Source: the human T2T-CHM13v2.0 reference genome, Homo sapiens. Taken from it: a stretch of DNA of 64,000 nucleotides. Location: the NCBI RefSeq assembly GCF_009914755.1, contig NC_060928.1, one strand, 5' to 3'. The translations under genes and the position numbers were made by a program. The first letter of the stretch is position 1. Each line of letters opens with the position of its first letter. This document shows, one piece after another, positions 42,325 through 60,880 of this stretch. The notes under the pieces were generated by a model. That model ran no database searches, had not been told where the DNA came from, and worked only from the letters and a program-made list of their open reading frames with translations.

Positions 42325-42485
42325 AAGTGATCTGTCAGCCAGTTACATCTGAATTACCTGGGGTAATTGTTAATTAAAATGCAAATTCCTGGTTTTGCTT
42401 GAGACTCCCTGAATCAGAATCTCCTAGAAGTAGGTTCTAGGAATCTGTATTTTAAACAAGCCCTGTTGATGATTCTTAGGAATTC
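42325..42485. mobile_element. MER5A-like
   Basis: gaattacctggggg...aaaatgcaaattcctgg...ctgaatcagaatctc...aggaatctgtattttaaacaagccc. Confidence 0.75.
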
Positions 42486-42629
42486 TCAACTAGTAAGGAA
42501 CTCTCCCAAGTGTCTTTTCTCAGCTCTTCTTTTCTCTTGGCTTGGGCTCATCTCTTTAAGTCTCTAGAGCTGAAGATATTTTCTAGGCAGAGGATACACC
42601 ACCAACAGGAAAACAAAACAAATAACTAA

Positions 42630-43250
42630 TATGATCTTCTTAAAAATGTCAGACTGTGTTACTTTCCAATTTTAAAATATTCAGTGGCTTCCCAATGAAC
42701 TAGGAATACAATATTTCCATGGCTACATGCCCTTCATTTCTGATCTCATTCTCTACTACTTCATCTTTTCTGGCCTGATATCCTCTGATTATGCTGGCAT
42801 AGGATCAGATCCTTTAACCTGCCAGGATTGTTTCTGTCCGGGAGCCTTTGAGGTTACTCACTCTCTGCATGGAAAACATTTTCCATGTCTTCCTACTGCT
42901 GGCATCATCATCATTCAGATCTCAGATGCTGCTTTACCTCAAGAAGCCCCTGACTTCCCTTTCTTGTGTGTGCGTGTACATATACATGTGTGTGCTCCAC
43001 TTGTCATTCTCCAGTACATCAGACTATTTAAAATTTACTTTCTGGCATTTATCACTTCTGAAATCAACTAATCAATCAATTAATCACTTTTTCTTTCTAT
43101 CCTTTTTAAAGAAAACTGACCTGTCTCCCTGCTTCCCAGCTGCAAATGAATGAAAGAAGAATCTTCATATATGTTAATCATTGCTATGCTTTTAGTGCCT
43201 AAAGTGGTGCTTGGCACACAGTAAGTTTCTATAATTACTTAGTGAATGTT
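42630..43250 (+). mobile_element. L2 3' region
   Basis: ttcagtggcttccca...ttcagatctcag...tagtgcctaaagtggtgcttggcacacagtaag. Confidence 0.7.
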
Positions 43251-43875
43251 GAGTTAAAAATACCAAAAGTTCAAGACATTAAAGGATTCTTATGGTACCC
43301 AAATCAACCCTCAAACCATAATGCCTTCAGTTCTCCTAATTTTATAATTGCTCCCTTTTCTACCCAACGATCTTACCTCCAGTCTTGTAATATCTGCCCG
43401 TAATTACGTATGAGGGAAGAAGGACAAAGACCTAGATAATATAATGTGTAATTCGGCAAATGAGACCTTACACTTTAATATGGAAGCTAAATGGCAAATA
43501 GTGTCAATGTAATTCCCTACATATAAAGAAAAGATATGGACCTTAAATTAATTAATCAATTAAATCATTAGTTCAACAAGTATTTATTGCTAACCAATTC
43601 TGTGCCAGGCCCTCTCCTAGGCGGTTAGAATACATGAGTAAACACAACAATGACTCCTACTCATGGAGCTTACTCATATTCCTTCTTGGTAGCTAGAACA
43701 TGAGAATCTTCAAGTTATGGAGAGCTTGTCTTCTAGCCTGATTTATCTTCCTCAAATGTTTATTTGTAAATAATAGTTTTTGCTTAGAAACCTCAACTCT
43801 TCTTAGATATGCAAATAAGTTGCTCTGAAATACACATTTCTAATTATCTCCAAAATATCATGCATTATAAATTGA

Positions 43876-44129
43876 GGCAGGATGCGGTGGCTCATACCTG
43901 TAATCCCAGCACACTGGGAGGCTGAGGCAGGAGGATCACTTGAGCCCAGGAGTTCGAGACCAACCTAGGCAACATAGCAAGACTCCATCTCTACAAATAA
44001 TCTAAAAATATTAGCTGGGCATGATGGCATGTGCCTGTAGTCCCAGCTACTCAAAATTCTGAGGTGGAAGGAGCCTGGGAGATCCAGCCTGGGTGACAGA
44101 GTAAGACCCTGTCTCAAGAAAAAAAAAAA
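43876..44129 (+). mobile_element. AluJ with internal right-arm deletion
   Basis: gcaggaggatcacttgagcccaggagttcgagacc; the right arm jumps from gagcctgggaga to tccagcctggg. Confidence 0.92.
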
Positions 44130-44892
44130 GGGAATATATATACCTATATTATTTCCAACAGAAAATTATCTGCATAGCAATAGTTTTAGAAGTTAAGAAA
44201 GTAGATGAACTCAGAGGAAGAGTAGATTACAGCAATTAGGGGATAAAAATGCCATTCAGTTATTAGGTCATTGTTCTTCTTTATTCGTTGACAATATCTA
44301 TGAGTTTAACATTAATGTTAGAAAAAATTGCTTGAACAAAACTCATAACTGAACTTCAATTCCATAGAGAGGTATTTATGTATATAAAACGATATATATT
44401 TATGTATATAAAAGATACATAAAATGACATTTTGAAAATTTAATTCTATCTCATCTGCAAATCTGAGGAATTAATACAAAATTTGAAATAAAGATTAAAA
44501 TTCATTAAACATTTTTATCAACATATAGAAGGATAGATTTTTAAAATGCCAATCATTTAAACAAACCAAAGCACACATCCTTTATACACTAGGAAGACAT
44601 GATCAAGCCATCTTTTATTCCTCTAGGTAGAAGAAAGGACCACTCTCCTTGCCATCCTCAGGGTTGTACAGAACACTTATAAATATCTATTTTTCATTCT
44701 GTTACAGAGAGTAATATGCAAATGGGAATGGGATGAGGTATAGAAAAATGGGAACTGTCAGTGCTTTTTCTCTAGGTACCAGTGGCTGGATGATTTTGCA
44801 CTTGTGCCCTTTTAATAAACAACTCAAAAGCTGAGAAGAGGGGAGGACAGAACAAACATTGTTATGTTAATTAATTAATTAATTAATTAATT

Positions 44893-45192
44893 TTAGTTTT
44901 AATTTTGTTTGAGACCGAGTCTCCCTCTGTCGCCCAGGCTAGAGTGCAGTGATGCAATCTTGGCTTACTGAAATCTCTGCCCCCTGAGTTCAGGTGATTC
45001 TTGTGCCTCAGTCTCCCGAGTAGCTGGGATTACAGGTGCATGTTACCACACTTGGTTAATTTTGTATTTTTTGTAGAGATGGGGTTTCGTCATGTTGTTT
45101 AGGCTGGTCTCAAACTCCTGGCCTCAAGTGATCTGCCAATCTTGGCATCCCAAAGCGCTGGCTGGGATTACAGGCATGAGCCATACCTAGCC
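44893..45192 (-). mobile_element. Alu (Jb/Sz-like) next to a (TTAA)n repeat
   Basis: gagaccgagtctccctctgtcgcccagg...ctcctggcctcaagtgatctgcc. Confidence 0.92.
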
Positions 45193-45204
45193 GAATTAAT
45201 TTAT

Positions 45205-45600
45205 TTTTTTATTTTTAATTGACAAATAAAAATGATATGTATTTATCATGTACAACATGATGTTTTGAAATATGTATACATTGTGTAATAGCTAAATCGA
45301 GCTAATTAACATACACATTACCACATTCAGTTATCTTTTTTGTTGTTGTTGTAAGAACACTTAAAATTGATCTCAGCAATTTTCAAGAATACAATACATT
45401 GATTAACTATAGTTACCATGTTGTACAATAGATTTCTTGAACTTACTCCTTTTGTCTAACTGAAATTTTGAATCCTTTGACCAACATCTTCCCCAGCTTT
45501 CTCCCAGCCACTAGTAACCACGATTCCACTCTCCACTTCTATAAGGTCAACTATTTTAGATTCCATATATAAGTGAGATCATACAGTGTTTGTTTCTCTT
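45205..45600 (-). mobile_element. L1MA (about MA5-8) 3' end fragment
   Basis: aattgacaaataaaaatgatatgtatttatcatgtacaacatgatgttttgaaatatgtatacattgtg...ttagattccatatataagtgagatcat. Confidence 0.85.
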
Positions 45601-48600
45601 TGTTTTAATTTCTATTTACTTTATTTATATTGACACTTATTAGATGTACATATTTTTGGGGGTACATGTGATAATTGAATTTTTTTTTTACTATTGAGTT
45701 TTTTGAGCTCCTTATAGATTCTGAGTATTTATGAATCCCTTTTCAGATGGCTAGTTTGCCAATTTCTCCCCCATTCTGTGGGTTGTCTCTTCGTTTTGTT
45801 GATTATTTCCTTTATCTTCTATTCTGTTCCATCGGTCTATGTGTCTGTTTTTAGGTGAGTATCATGATGATTTGGTTACTATAGCTTTGTAGTATATTTT
45901 GAAGTGAGGTAGTGCGAAGCTTCCAGCTTTGTTCTTTTTTCTCAGAATTGCTATGGCTAGGCAGGGTAGTTTTTGCGACATATAAATTTTAGGATTAATG
46001 TTTCTATTGCTGTGAAGAATGTCATTGGTATTTTGATAGAAATTGTATTGAATTGGTAAATTACTTTGGGTAGTATTGTCATTTTAACAATATTAATTTT
46101 CAATTCCATGAGCATGGAATATCTTTCATTTGTTTGTGTCTTCTTCAATTTCTTTCAACAGTGTTTTATAGTATTTCTTGTATAGATCTTTCACATCTTT
46201 GGTTAAGTTGATTTCAAGTATTTTATATTCTTTGTAGCTATTGTAATTGGATTGCTTTCTTGATTTCATTTTTAGATTGTTTGCTATTGGTTTATATAAA
46301 TGCTACTGATTTTTGTTTTGTTGATTTTATATCCTGTACCTTTGCTGAATTTTTCAGTTCTGACAGTTTTCCTGTGGAGTCTGTACATATTTCTAAATAT
46401 AAGATCATGTCGTCTGTGTACAAGACTAATTTGACTTCTTTTCCAGCTTGGATGTCCTTTATTTCTTTCTCTTGCCTAATTGCTCTGACTGGGACTTCCA
46501 GTATTATGTTGAATAAAAGTGGTGAAAGTGGGCATCCTTGTCTTGTACAGATCTTAGAGAAAATACTTTCAATTTTTCCCTGTCAGTATTATGTTGGCTG
46601 TGGATTTGTCATATGTGGCTTTAATTATTTTTCAGTATGTTTTTTCTATGCCCAGTTTGTTGAGGGTTTTTATCATAAAGTGTTGTTGAATTTCATCAAA
46701 TGTTTTTCCAGCATCTATTGAAACAACCATAAAGGTTTGTTCTTGTTTCTGTTAACATGATGTATCCCATTTACTGATTTGCATATGTTGAAACATCCTT
46801 GCATCTCTGGGATGAATCCCACTTGATCATAATGAATGATCTTTTTAATGTATTCTTGAATCGGTTTGCTAGTATTTTGTTGAGGATTTTTGCATCTATG
46901 TTCATCAGTGATATTGGCCTGTAGTTTTCTTTTGCGTGTTTTTGTCTGATTTTGGTATTAGGGTAATGCTGGCCACATATAATGAATTTGGAAGTATTCT
47001 CTCCTCAATTTTTTTTGAAGAGTTTGAATAGAATTTCTATTAACTCTTAAGTGTTTGGTAGAATTCAATAGTGAAGCCATCACATCCAGGGCTTTTCTTT
47101 GCTGAGAGAGTTTTTATTACAGCTTCAGTCTTGTTACTTGTTATAGATTTGTTAAGGTTTTTAAATTTCTTCATGGTTTGATCTTGGTAGGTTGTATGTG
47201 TCCAGAAATTTATCCATTTCTTCCAGGTTTTCCAATTTGTTGGCATATATTTCTTCATAATAGAAATTAGTTCTATGTATTTCTGTGGTCTCAGATTTTA
47301 CGCCTCCTTTTTCATTTCTGATTTTATTTATTTGGGTGTTTTCCTTTTTTCTTAGTCTAGCTAAAGGTTTGTCAATTTAATCTTTTCAAAAAACCAACTT
47401 TTTGCTTTGTTGATTTGTATTGTTTACTTAGTCTCAATTTCTTTTATTTCTGTTCTGGTATTTATCATTTCTTGCCTTCTCCTAATTTCGGGTTTGGTTT
47501 GTGCTTGCTTTTCTATTTCCTTGAGGTATATCATTAGGTTGTTTATTTAAGTTATTTCAACTTTCTTCATGTAGGTGTTTATTGCTATAAACTACTCTCC
47601 CCATAACACTTTTGCTGTATCCCATAGATTTTGGTATGTTTTATTTCCATTTTAATTTGTTTAAAGGCTTTTTACATTTCATTCTTAATGTCTTCATTGA
47701 TTCATTCGTCATTCAGAAGCATGTTGTTGAATTTCCATGCACTTGTGTAGTTTCTAAGGTCCCTCTTGTTGTTGATTTCTACTTTTATTCCAATGTGGTC
47801 AGAAAAGATACTTTATATAATTTCTACTTTTCTGAATTTTTTCAGAGTTACGTTGTGGCCTAAAATGTTGTCTAATCTAGAGAATGTTCCATGTGCTGAT
47901 GAAAAGAATGTGTACTCTGCAGCAGTTGGGTAAGATGTTCTGTAAAGGTCAGTTAGGTCTTTTTGGTCTGGTATGGAGTTTAACTCCAGTGTTTCTTTGT
48001 TGATGTTCTGTATGGATGATCTGTCTCTCACTGAGAGTGAGGTGTTGAAATCCCTTACTAATATTGTATTGCAGTCTTTCTCTCCCTTTAGATCTATTAA
48101 TGTTTGCGTTATATACTTAGGAGCTCTGATGTTGGATGCGTACATATTTATAATTGTTATATCCTCTTGCTAAATTGATCTTTTTATCATTATGTAGTTA
48201 CTTTCTTTGCCTCTTTTTCTAGCCCTTGACTTGTAGTCTATTTTACCAGATATAAATATAGCTACTTCTGCTCTTTTTTGGTTTCCACTTGCATGGAATG
48301 TCTTTTTCCATACTTTCACTTTTAGTTACATGTGTCTTTGTAGGTGAGGTGAGTTTCTTGTAGGCACCATATAGTTGGGGTTTTTTTTCTTAATCCATTC
48401 ATCCACTTTATGTATTTTAATTGGAGAATTCATTCTATTTATATTCAGTGTTACTGTCGATAAGCAATACTTATCTTTGATAAGAAAAACTTACTACTGC
48501 TATTTTATTCCTCATTTTCTGGTTGTTTTGTAACTCGAGTCTTTTACTTCATTTCTTTCATACTGAAATCTTTTGTGGTTAAGTGATTTTCTTTCTAAGT

Positions 48601-48721
48601 ATGTTTTAATTTATTTAGTTTGTATTTTTAGTATCTATTATAGAATTTTGCATTGCGAATACTATGTGGCTTACAGAAACCATCTCATAGATATAACAAG
48701 TTATTTTAAAGAGATGACAAT

Positions 48722-49143
48722 TGATGTGTTTTGCATATTTGTCCTCTCCAAATCTCATGTTGAAATATAATCCCCAGTGTTGAAGGTAAGGCCTGGTGGG
48801 AGATGTCTAGATCATGGGGACAGATCCCTCATGAATGGCTTAGTGTCATCCCCTTGGTGATGAGTGAGTTACTCTGAGTTCATGTGAGATCTGATTGTTT
48901 AAAAGTATGTAGCACCTCTCCCCTCTTTCTCTTGCTCCTACTCTCACCATGTGACATGCCTGCTCCCCCTTCACCTTTTGCCATGACGATAGGCTTCCTG
49001 AGGCCCTCATCAAAAGCTTAGCAAATGCCAGCACTGTGCTTCCTGTACAGTCTGTGGAACTGTGAGCCAATTAAACTTCTTCTCTATATAAATTGCCTGG
49101 CCTCAGATATTTATTTATAACAACACAAAAATGGCCTAATACA
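48722..49143 (+). mobile_element. MSTA/MSTB MaLR solo LTR
   Basis: tgatgtgttttgcatatttgtcctctccaaatctcatgttgaaat...gaactgtgagccaattaaac...ggcctaataca. Confidence 0.92.
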
Positions 49144-49258
49144 ACAGCTTATCTTAGATCACAAAAAAGATACAAAAAAAAGCAACAACAAAGTTTATTC
49201 TTTAGCTGCACCCCAGTCCTTCTCCAGTCCATTTGACTTTTTGTCATCTCGATTTACA

Positions 49259-49893
<635 letters not shown>

Positions 49894-51687
49894 TACTGCC
49901 TATTTCTTAATAGGTTGCAGTAGTTAATGTTTTTGATAGATTTGTCTTACAGGCTTCTTACTAGAGTTGTAAGTGGATTTCACACCATAATTACAGTATG
50001 GGAGTATTCTGGGGTTGTCTATGTTGTTTTCCAGTGGGTTTTATACCTTCAAATGTTTTCTTGTTACATATTAGGGATTTTTTTCCTTTCTGATTGAAGA
50101 ACTTCCTTTAGCATTTCTTATAAGATGGGGCTGGTTCTATGAGTTCTGTCAACTTTTGTTTATGTAGAAAAGACTTTATACCTCCTTTATATTTTAAAGA
50201 TAGCTTGTCTGGATAAGATATTCTTGCATGGCCGTTTTGTTTTTGTTTCAACATTTTGAAAGTGTTGTTCTACTCCCTCCTGGCCTATGTGATTTCTGTT
50301 GAGCACTCTGTTGCCAGATGAATTGAAGTTCTTTTGTATGTTATTAGCTTCTTTTCTCTTGCTGCCTTTAGGATCCTCCCTCTCTTTGTCCTTGACCTTT
50401 GAGAATTTGATGATTAAACTCTCAAAGTTTAAACATTGTCTGCCTTGGGATAGTCTTGTTGGGGTCAAATCTGTTTGGTGTTCTCTGACTTTCTTGTACC
50501 TAGATATTTGTATCTTTCTCGAGTTTTGGAAAGTTGTCAGTTATTATTTCTTTAAATAAGCTTTCTATCTCTTGCTGTTGCTTGGCTCCCTCTTGAATGC
50601 CAATATTTTTTAGATTTTTTTTTAGGTAATTTTCTGTATTGTGTAGGCAATCTTCTTTTATTTTTATTCTTTTTTTCTTCTTTGTATTTTCAAATAGCTT
50701 GTCTTCGAATTCACTGATTCTTTCCTCTTCTAGATCTAGTCTGCTGTTGAGAGCCTCTAATGAATTTTTCTGTTTAGCAAATATATTTCTCAGTTCCAGG
50801 ATTTCAGTTTGATTTTTAAAATTATTTTAATCTTTCTGTTAAATTTTTATGATAATTTCCAAATTTCTCTTCTGTGTTATCTTGGAAATCACTGAGTCTT
50901 CTTAAAACTGCTGTTTTGAATTCTTGTGTCAGGGAGCTCATATATCACTATCTTGTTAGTGTTAGTCACTGGTTTATTGCTTTGTTTATTTGGGGAGGTC
51001 ATGATTTCCTCTTTGCTATCGTTTCTTGTAGATGTACATCTATGTCTTTGCACTGAAGGATTATTTATTTATTCCAGTCTTCCTGTCTGGCTTGGTTTGG
51101 TTTTTATTGGATATGTTTGCTTAAGAATTATTTAGAATTTACCTGCTGAATTTCTTTTTTTTCTCTCCTAGGTCATGGCCTCCATTTCAGTACTAATGGT
51201 GCCTTAAGTCCAGGTTTGCTTTGGCTCTAGTAAATGATAGGAGTCCTATTCTGCATCCTGAATGCGGAGGTCCAAAAGAGGATATCCCAGTAGTGTGAAA
51301 AGGCTGTCTAGGAGTTCGTGCCCAGGAGAACTGTGAAACATACTTCCTACAGCATGGTACTGCTGAACAGTCACTCTAATTTGGCATCTCCTTTAGTTGA
51401 GTCACAGAGCAGTTTCCAAGGCTGGAAATGGTAGTCCTACCTCTCACCTTTGTCTCTGGCTGTCCTCAGGGATATGTCTTCCTTCAGGAACTCATGATGC
51501 CTCCAATGGTTTGAGGCACGGGCAGGTCTCCTGTCAAAGAATCCAGGATTGTGTGGAAGGTAGTTTTCCACCTTGACCTCACTTTTTCCAGTTTAGAAAC
51601 CATGAGTTAAGGGAAATTTTCTATGCACTTGGTGCTGGGAAGATTTAGGGGAGGGACTTCATGCATATAAAACAATCTGATTCTCTT

Positions 51688-53491
<1,804 letters not shown>

Positions 53492-54899
53492 TTACATTTA
53501 AAACACCATTTTGGAACTGGAAGACCCCCGATATTGTTCTTTTGAATAGTGCAAAGCCTGACTTCTATTGTGTGTTGGGCCCGTGCAGCTTATGTTGCAT
53601 TTAGGGTATTGTTTTTCTTTTAAAATATGGGTCTAGACTCTACTCTCTATAAGAATAAATGCTTATCTTTGGAAGAGATGTGTAAGTCCAATTCAACAGG
53701 TACTCCTGGAAGATCAGCAAAAATCTTGATTCCTCACTTGATACCAGAATGTACCAAAGCCCTCTGGACTACCTAGAACTTCCTTTTCCCAGCCCAGAGG
53801 TTTGTCTGAACTAAATAATCATGATGCTGGGAAATGTGTTATTGAGTACAACTCTCTTTCATGTGTTATCTGCTGATATGAGCAAATTTTAAAACAACAC
53901 TAACTTTGGGGTAGAGGGTGAGTTTCCTCACAATGGTTTAGAATACATGTTATCTGCCATTCTTTCCAATGCTGGTGACCTGAGGACAGGAAAACAAGGC
54001 GGCAAGATACTCAAAAGACTGAATGTTAAAGGCCATCTTTTTGATGCTTATCTCTTGGACTACTAAAAATAAAAATCAGATCACATGCACTGTTAAAAAT
54101 GTTTTCCTTTGCACCTCATATTTACCTCTCTCCTGATATCCATGAAGATCCTATTATAGCTCAGAACTTCAAGATACACCCATCAGTGAATGAACTGTGG
54201 CCCCGGCAAGCTGAAACAGGTGGGGAGAAACATCTGCTAAGGATGGGCAGCTAGCTGTCAGGAAGATGGTTCAGGAACAAGTACTAGACAAACCTCCTCT
54301 TTCCCAACTTAAGCTAGAAGAAAGTAACAATGGAAGAGAAAGGATACTGACACTCAGATCACAAGCCAATTGAGGTAAACCCTCAAAATAAAAGCTTTTA
54401 AATCAAATACACTTTTGTCTTTTCTAGAATTTGTGACTTTTTAGAATTTGATATATGTTATCATTTATCGTACTTTCAGTCAAGACTAGCAGTAAATATT
54501 CAGTCACGTTAAGAATGTTGAGCTAGGAAAAGGATCAATATTGATGCACTGTAGCAAAAGAGACAAGCCAGGTAGTACTTACTGTCACTCTAAGTGAAGT
54601 ATGGCTGCCAGAATAGTCAATAAAATAAAAGAATACCACAATAACTATTGACAGCATGTCTTAACTCAGTAACATGCAGCCTATTCAAATAATAATTATT
54701 ATTGGTACAGCAAGTAAATTAGTAATATCATGTATGGCCAGCTGATTCTGAATTTTGTTAGAGTCTCTTAAACTTGAGGATTTAAGTGATTTGATAACAC
54801 ACTGATTTAATCTTGAATATATCCAGCTGCTCCAAAGGCAGCACACATGGTACAGAAGAGACAAAAAGACGAAGATGTGACTTCGAGTCTGAGGAGCTA

Positions 54900-55110
54900 C
54901 AGAGTGTAGTCAGTTACAAAAACAAGTCCTAGAGCCTGACTGCCTGGGTTCAAATTCCAAGGGCACCTGATCTTTCCAAATTTAGTGTTTTTGTCTATAA
55001 AATGGGGATAAAATTAGTACCTATTGCAAGAGGTTTTTGTAAGGAATAGCTGACATAATTTATGTAACGCCTTTAAAGGGTATAGTGTAAGTGTTTAATA
55101 ATGTTTACAG
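54900..55110 (+). mobile_element. MIR
   Basis: ctagagcctgactgcctgggttcaaattcc...tctataaaatggggataaaattagtacct. Confidence 0.78.
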
Positions 55111-55775
55111 ATTATCAACCTTGCCATAAAAAGCATGTATTTGCCCACATAATTATATCCAAGGAAATTAAAATAAAAAGTGGATTCTATAACGAGCCAC
55201 ACGATCAAACCAAACTAAATCTCACTGCTTCATTAATATTCTCCCACATACTTCTTTTACTAACACTATGTCTATAAAGGCAAAGCCAAATGAAATGCTA
55301 AGCATGCATTTGTTTATTATCAATAATCATAGCATGAAATTTATTTTTTGGACATTTCATAATTTTTTATTACAAAGTCATTCAAAATCATACATTATAA
55401 AAAACATTCACGTAGTACAGAAGCACATGCAGTAAAATGTTGAAGTCCTTTTATTATTTTCCCCTTCACCCCCCTAATCACCCTTCTGATAGTACTGTTT
55501 CTTAAAATAACTTTTAAGTATATATGTGTGTGTGCATATGTGTGTGTGAATTATATTGTAATGTGTATGTCATCATGATTATATTTTATAATTATGTTAC
55601 GTATAACATAATTTAATCTTTTTAAAGTTAATAGAATTATCCTAAATAAATTGTTATTTGATATGCTTTTTTAGTTAACTTTCTTTTTTCTTGGTGACCT
55701 TTCCATGGCAGTACAAGTGAACATAGCTCATTATTTTTGGATATAATACATCGTTTTAAAATATAAAGTGATATG

Positions 55776-57273
<1,498 letters not shown>

Positions 57274-58302
57274 TATAGAGAGAATATATACAACTGTGTA
57301 TAACTGCACTATATTCCACAATGTGGGTACTCTACACTTTAGCCATTTTCCATTTATGAGTAGTCTGCATACTTCCAATTTTTCATTATTTCAAACAACG
57401 CTATACATACGGTTTTGAGTTTATGTAGGAAAACTGTTTTAGAACTACATAAGATTTGCACGTTTATGGTTTTGAAAGATCCTGCCAAATTACCCTACAG
57501 TTTTGGAGTCTCAACCATGATATACAAAAGCGTTTCCCTGCACTCTGGCCAGCAGTGCATGGAGGGACAGTTCAAAATCTTCCACTCTAATATTGTTTTA
57601 TTATTTGTTATTTATTTTTATTATTTTTTATTTTGAAGTATTTCCTTCTTTTTTGTCTCTTGGTATTTTTAAAAAGTAAATTGCTTCTTCATATGTTTTG
57701 CTTTCTCATTGTGTCATCTTTTTCTCTGAGTTGAAGCTCCTTAGGTATTTTAAATATTAATCCTTTTAAAAATATATGTTGCAAGTATTTTCCCATGATT
57801 TATTTGCATTTTGTAATTGTGTTTATGTTGCTTGATTTTATGATTTTGGGGAATTATATCTTATTTAAGATGGCCTCCGCAACCAATATTCTAAATTAGC
57901 TCCTATATTTTCTTCTAGTATTTGAAGCAAAGGAGAGAGGTCCTTGGTGAGAAGTTCAGTTTAAATTGTGGCTCTGCCATTTATCAGCTGTGTGTCTCTA
58001 GGAAAGGCACTTAGACTCTTCAGATTATAAATAATTTGTAAAATATCTTGCATTAACCCTTATTTGGAATTAACTACAAATTTTACTGATGTATTCGCTC
58101 ACTGTTTATTTTAAAATCATATTGTACTTAGTATTTGTTAATTGTGAAATATTTGGCTATTATGAAACATTCTAAACATACAGAAAAATGTTGAGAAAAA
58201 TAAAAGACAGACTTGAGTAATTATGTAACAGGTTTATCATATCTTGAGATTTTTGCCATATCAATTTCTTACACATGTGAAAAAAAAATTAGACACAGTT
58301 GA

Positions 58303-58768
<466 letters not shown>

Positions 58769-59711
58769 AGTTTTGTGTATTTTTGTGCTTTAAGAAGTGG
58801 TATTATACTATTACACAATTTTGCAGCTTGTTTTTTTTTGAGATTTATTTTTGTTGCTTTAAGTAGCTCCAGCTTGTTTTTACACCTATTATATAGTATT
58901 TGAGGCATTAAACTACAATTTATGAATTTGGTTGAAATTTACCATCATTTATTTATGCTCCTCTTGATTGAGGTTTTAGTTTTAAACTTTGCTTCATTTT
59001 ATTTATTACTTTGCTGTTTAAATAACCCTGTTATGTCTTCTTGAGAGTATGTTTTAGGTTTCTGAGGCTAAATATCTAGTCATAGAATTGCTGGGTATAT
59101 GCACACTTTCCATTGAAATCATTAATAATAGATATTAAATGGATACAGCCAGATTGCTCTTCAAAGAGGTGGAACCAATTTTCACTCACTCGTAGAGCAT
59201 ATGTACTTTCTATTTTTTAATATCCTCACTACAAATATTTTCTGAACTCACTACTTTAAAGTTTTGATTTTTACATTTAAGTTTTTAATTCATGTGGGAA
59301 TGCTTTTATCTTTGTAAAAAGTGAGGTAGATTCCCATATGGCTAATCGATAACCCCAGCACCATTTATTGACTAGTTCATTCCTTCCCCAATGATTTGTA
59401 CCACTTTAGTTATCCATCAAGCTTTCCTAAATGCCTTCTGGGCTCTCTTCCAGGTTCCACAGCACTGTTTGTTTTTCCTTGTCCTAGACCACAATTGTCT
59501 TAATTACTCCACCTTGTTATGATTACTATCTGAAAAGGGAAGCCCCTATTTTGTTTTTCTTCAACATTTTCTATTTTCCTTGTCCTTTATTCTCCTATAT
59601 ACATTTTAGAATTGACTTGATGGTCTAAAATTGACCACAGCAGTTGGAGCCATTAAAACTATAGACCTAGAGTATTTTTGGAAGAATAGGACATTTTAAT
59701 ATATATGTTCT

Positions 59712-59980
59712 TATTTTTCTTCTTTCTTTCTTTTTTCTTTCTTTCTTTCTTTTCTTTCTTTTTTCTTTCTTTCTTCTTTCTTTCTTTCCTTCTTTCTCTC
59801 TCTCTCCCTCCCTCCCTCCCTCTCTCCCTCCCTCCCTCTCTCTTTCTTTCTTTCTCTCCCTCTTTCTCTCTCTTCTTTCTTTCCTTTCTTTCTTCCATCT
59901 CCCTCTCCCTCTCTCCCTCTCTCTCCCTATCCCATCTTCCTCTCCCTCTCCGTCTCCCCTGTCTCTCTCCCTTTCCTTCC
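59712..59980. repeat. Compound (TTTC)n/(CCCT)n/(CT)n polypyrimidine tract
   Basis: About 270 nt almost purely C/T on the + strand. Confidence 0.93.
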
Positions 59981-60600
59981 AATCCCTTCATAGAAGCACC
60001 CGGTTGATGGACATTTGAATTCTTAGACCTATGCTTCATGCATCATCTTCTAACTGTTCTTTCATATTTATGATGATTTAGTTTTTTTTCTATTTATTTG
60101 GGGCAATATCTAAGGTTGATTTTTCAACTGTGTTTCATTTTCTATTCTTCCCACTTATTGATCATTTTAATAATTTCTTTCTCTTAGCAGCCTTATTCTT
60201 AATGGATGAATTAACCTTTTGAATCTTTCAGAAGTTACTGGTTTTGCTGATTTTCAAATGCTCCTTGGTTGCTTTAGGGCATTAGTTCTTTTATGAATTT
60301 TATTGGCTTTCTTTCATGTCATTGCATTTGCTCAAAGGATTGCTGAATATTCATTAGTCTTTTCTACCTAGAGTTGATATTTTGGACTGCTGTTGGCAGC
60401 AGAATATTTCAGTGTTCAAAGGAAAGTTTATGTTTTCCTGGAAGTGAACACAGATTCAACAAGAGACTTCACTCCTTGTCTATATGTGTGCATGTGTGTG
60501 TGCATGTGCGTGTAGATGTGTGTGCATGTAGCAAAACATGGCCAGGTTAGCTTTCTTTTAGGGAATACTTGTTATGTATTTTCTAAGTGCAGGACCTTTA

Positions 60601-60880
60601 TGTCCTCATGGCTGCACTAAGTCCCCTGGGGCACAGTCCTGCTTCTCTATTCCCAATGGCCTCATGGCTGCACTAAGTCCCCTGAGGCACAATCCTGCTT
60701 CTCTATTTTCAGTGTCCTTATGGGTGCACTAAGTCCCCTGGGGCACAATCCTGCTTCTCTATTTTCAATGTCCTCATGTCTGCACTAAGTCTCCTGGAGC
60801 CCAATCCTGCTTCTCTCTTCCCAATGTCCTCATGGCTGCACGAAGTCCCCTGGGGCGCAATCCTGATTCTCTGTTCTCGA
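60601..60880. repeat. Minisatellite, 5 x 56 bp
   Basis: Units start at 60601, 60657, 60713, 60769, 60825; consensus tgtcctcatggctgcactaagtcccctggggcacaatcctgcttctctattYYcaa. Confidence 0.95.

Noticed and set aside
59659-60039. E/R/K-rich and F/L/S-rich ORFs
   Set aside because: Translations of the CT microsatellite.
60601-60880. CRISPR-like array
   Set aside because: Contiguous tandem units with no unique spacers, no cas genes, and a human context.
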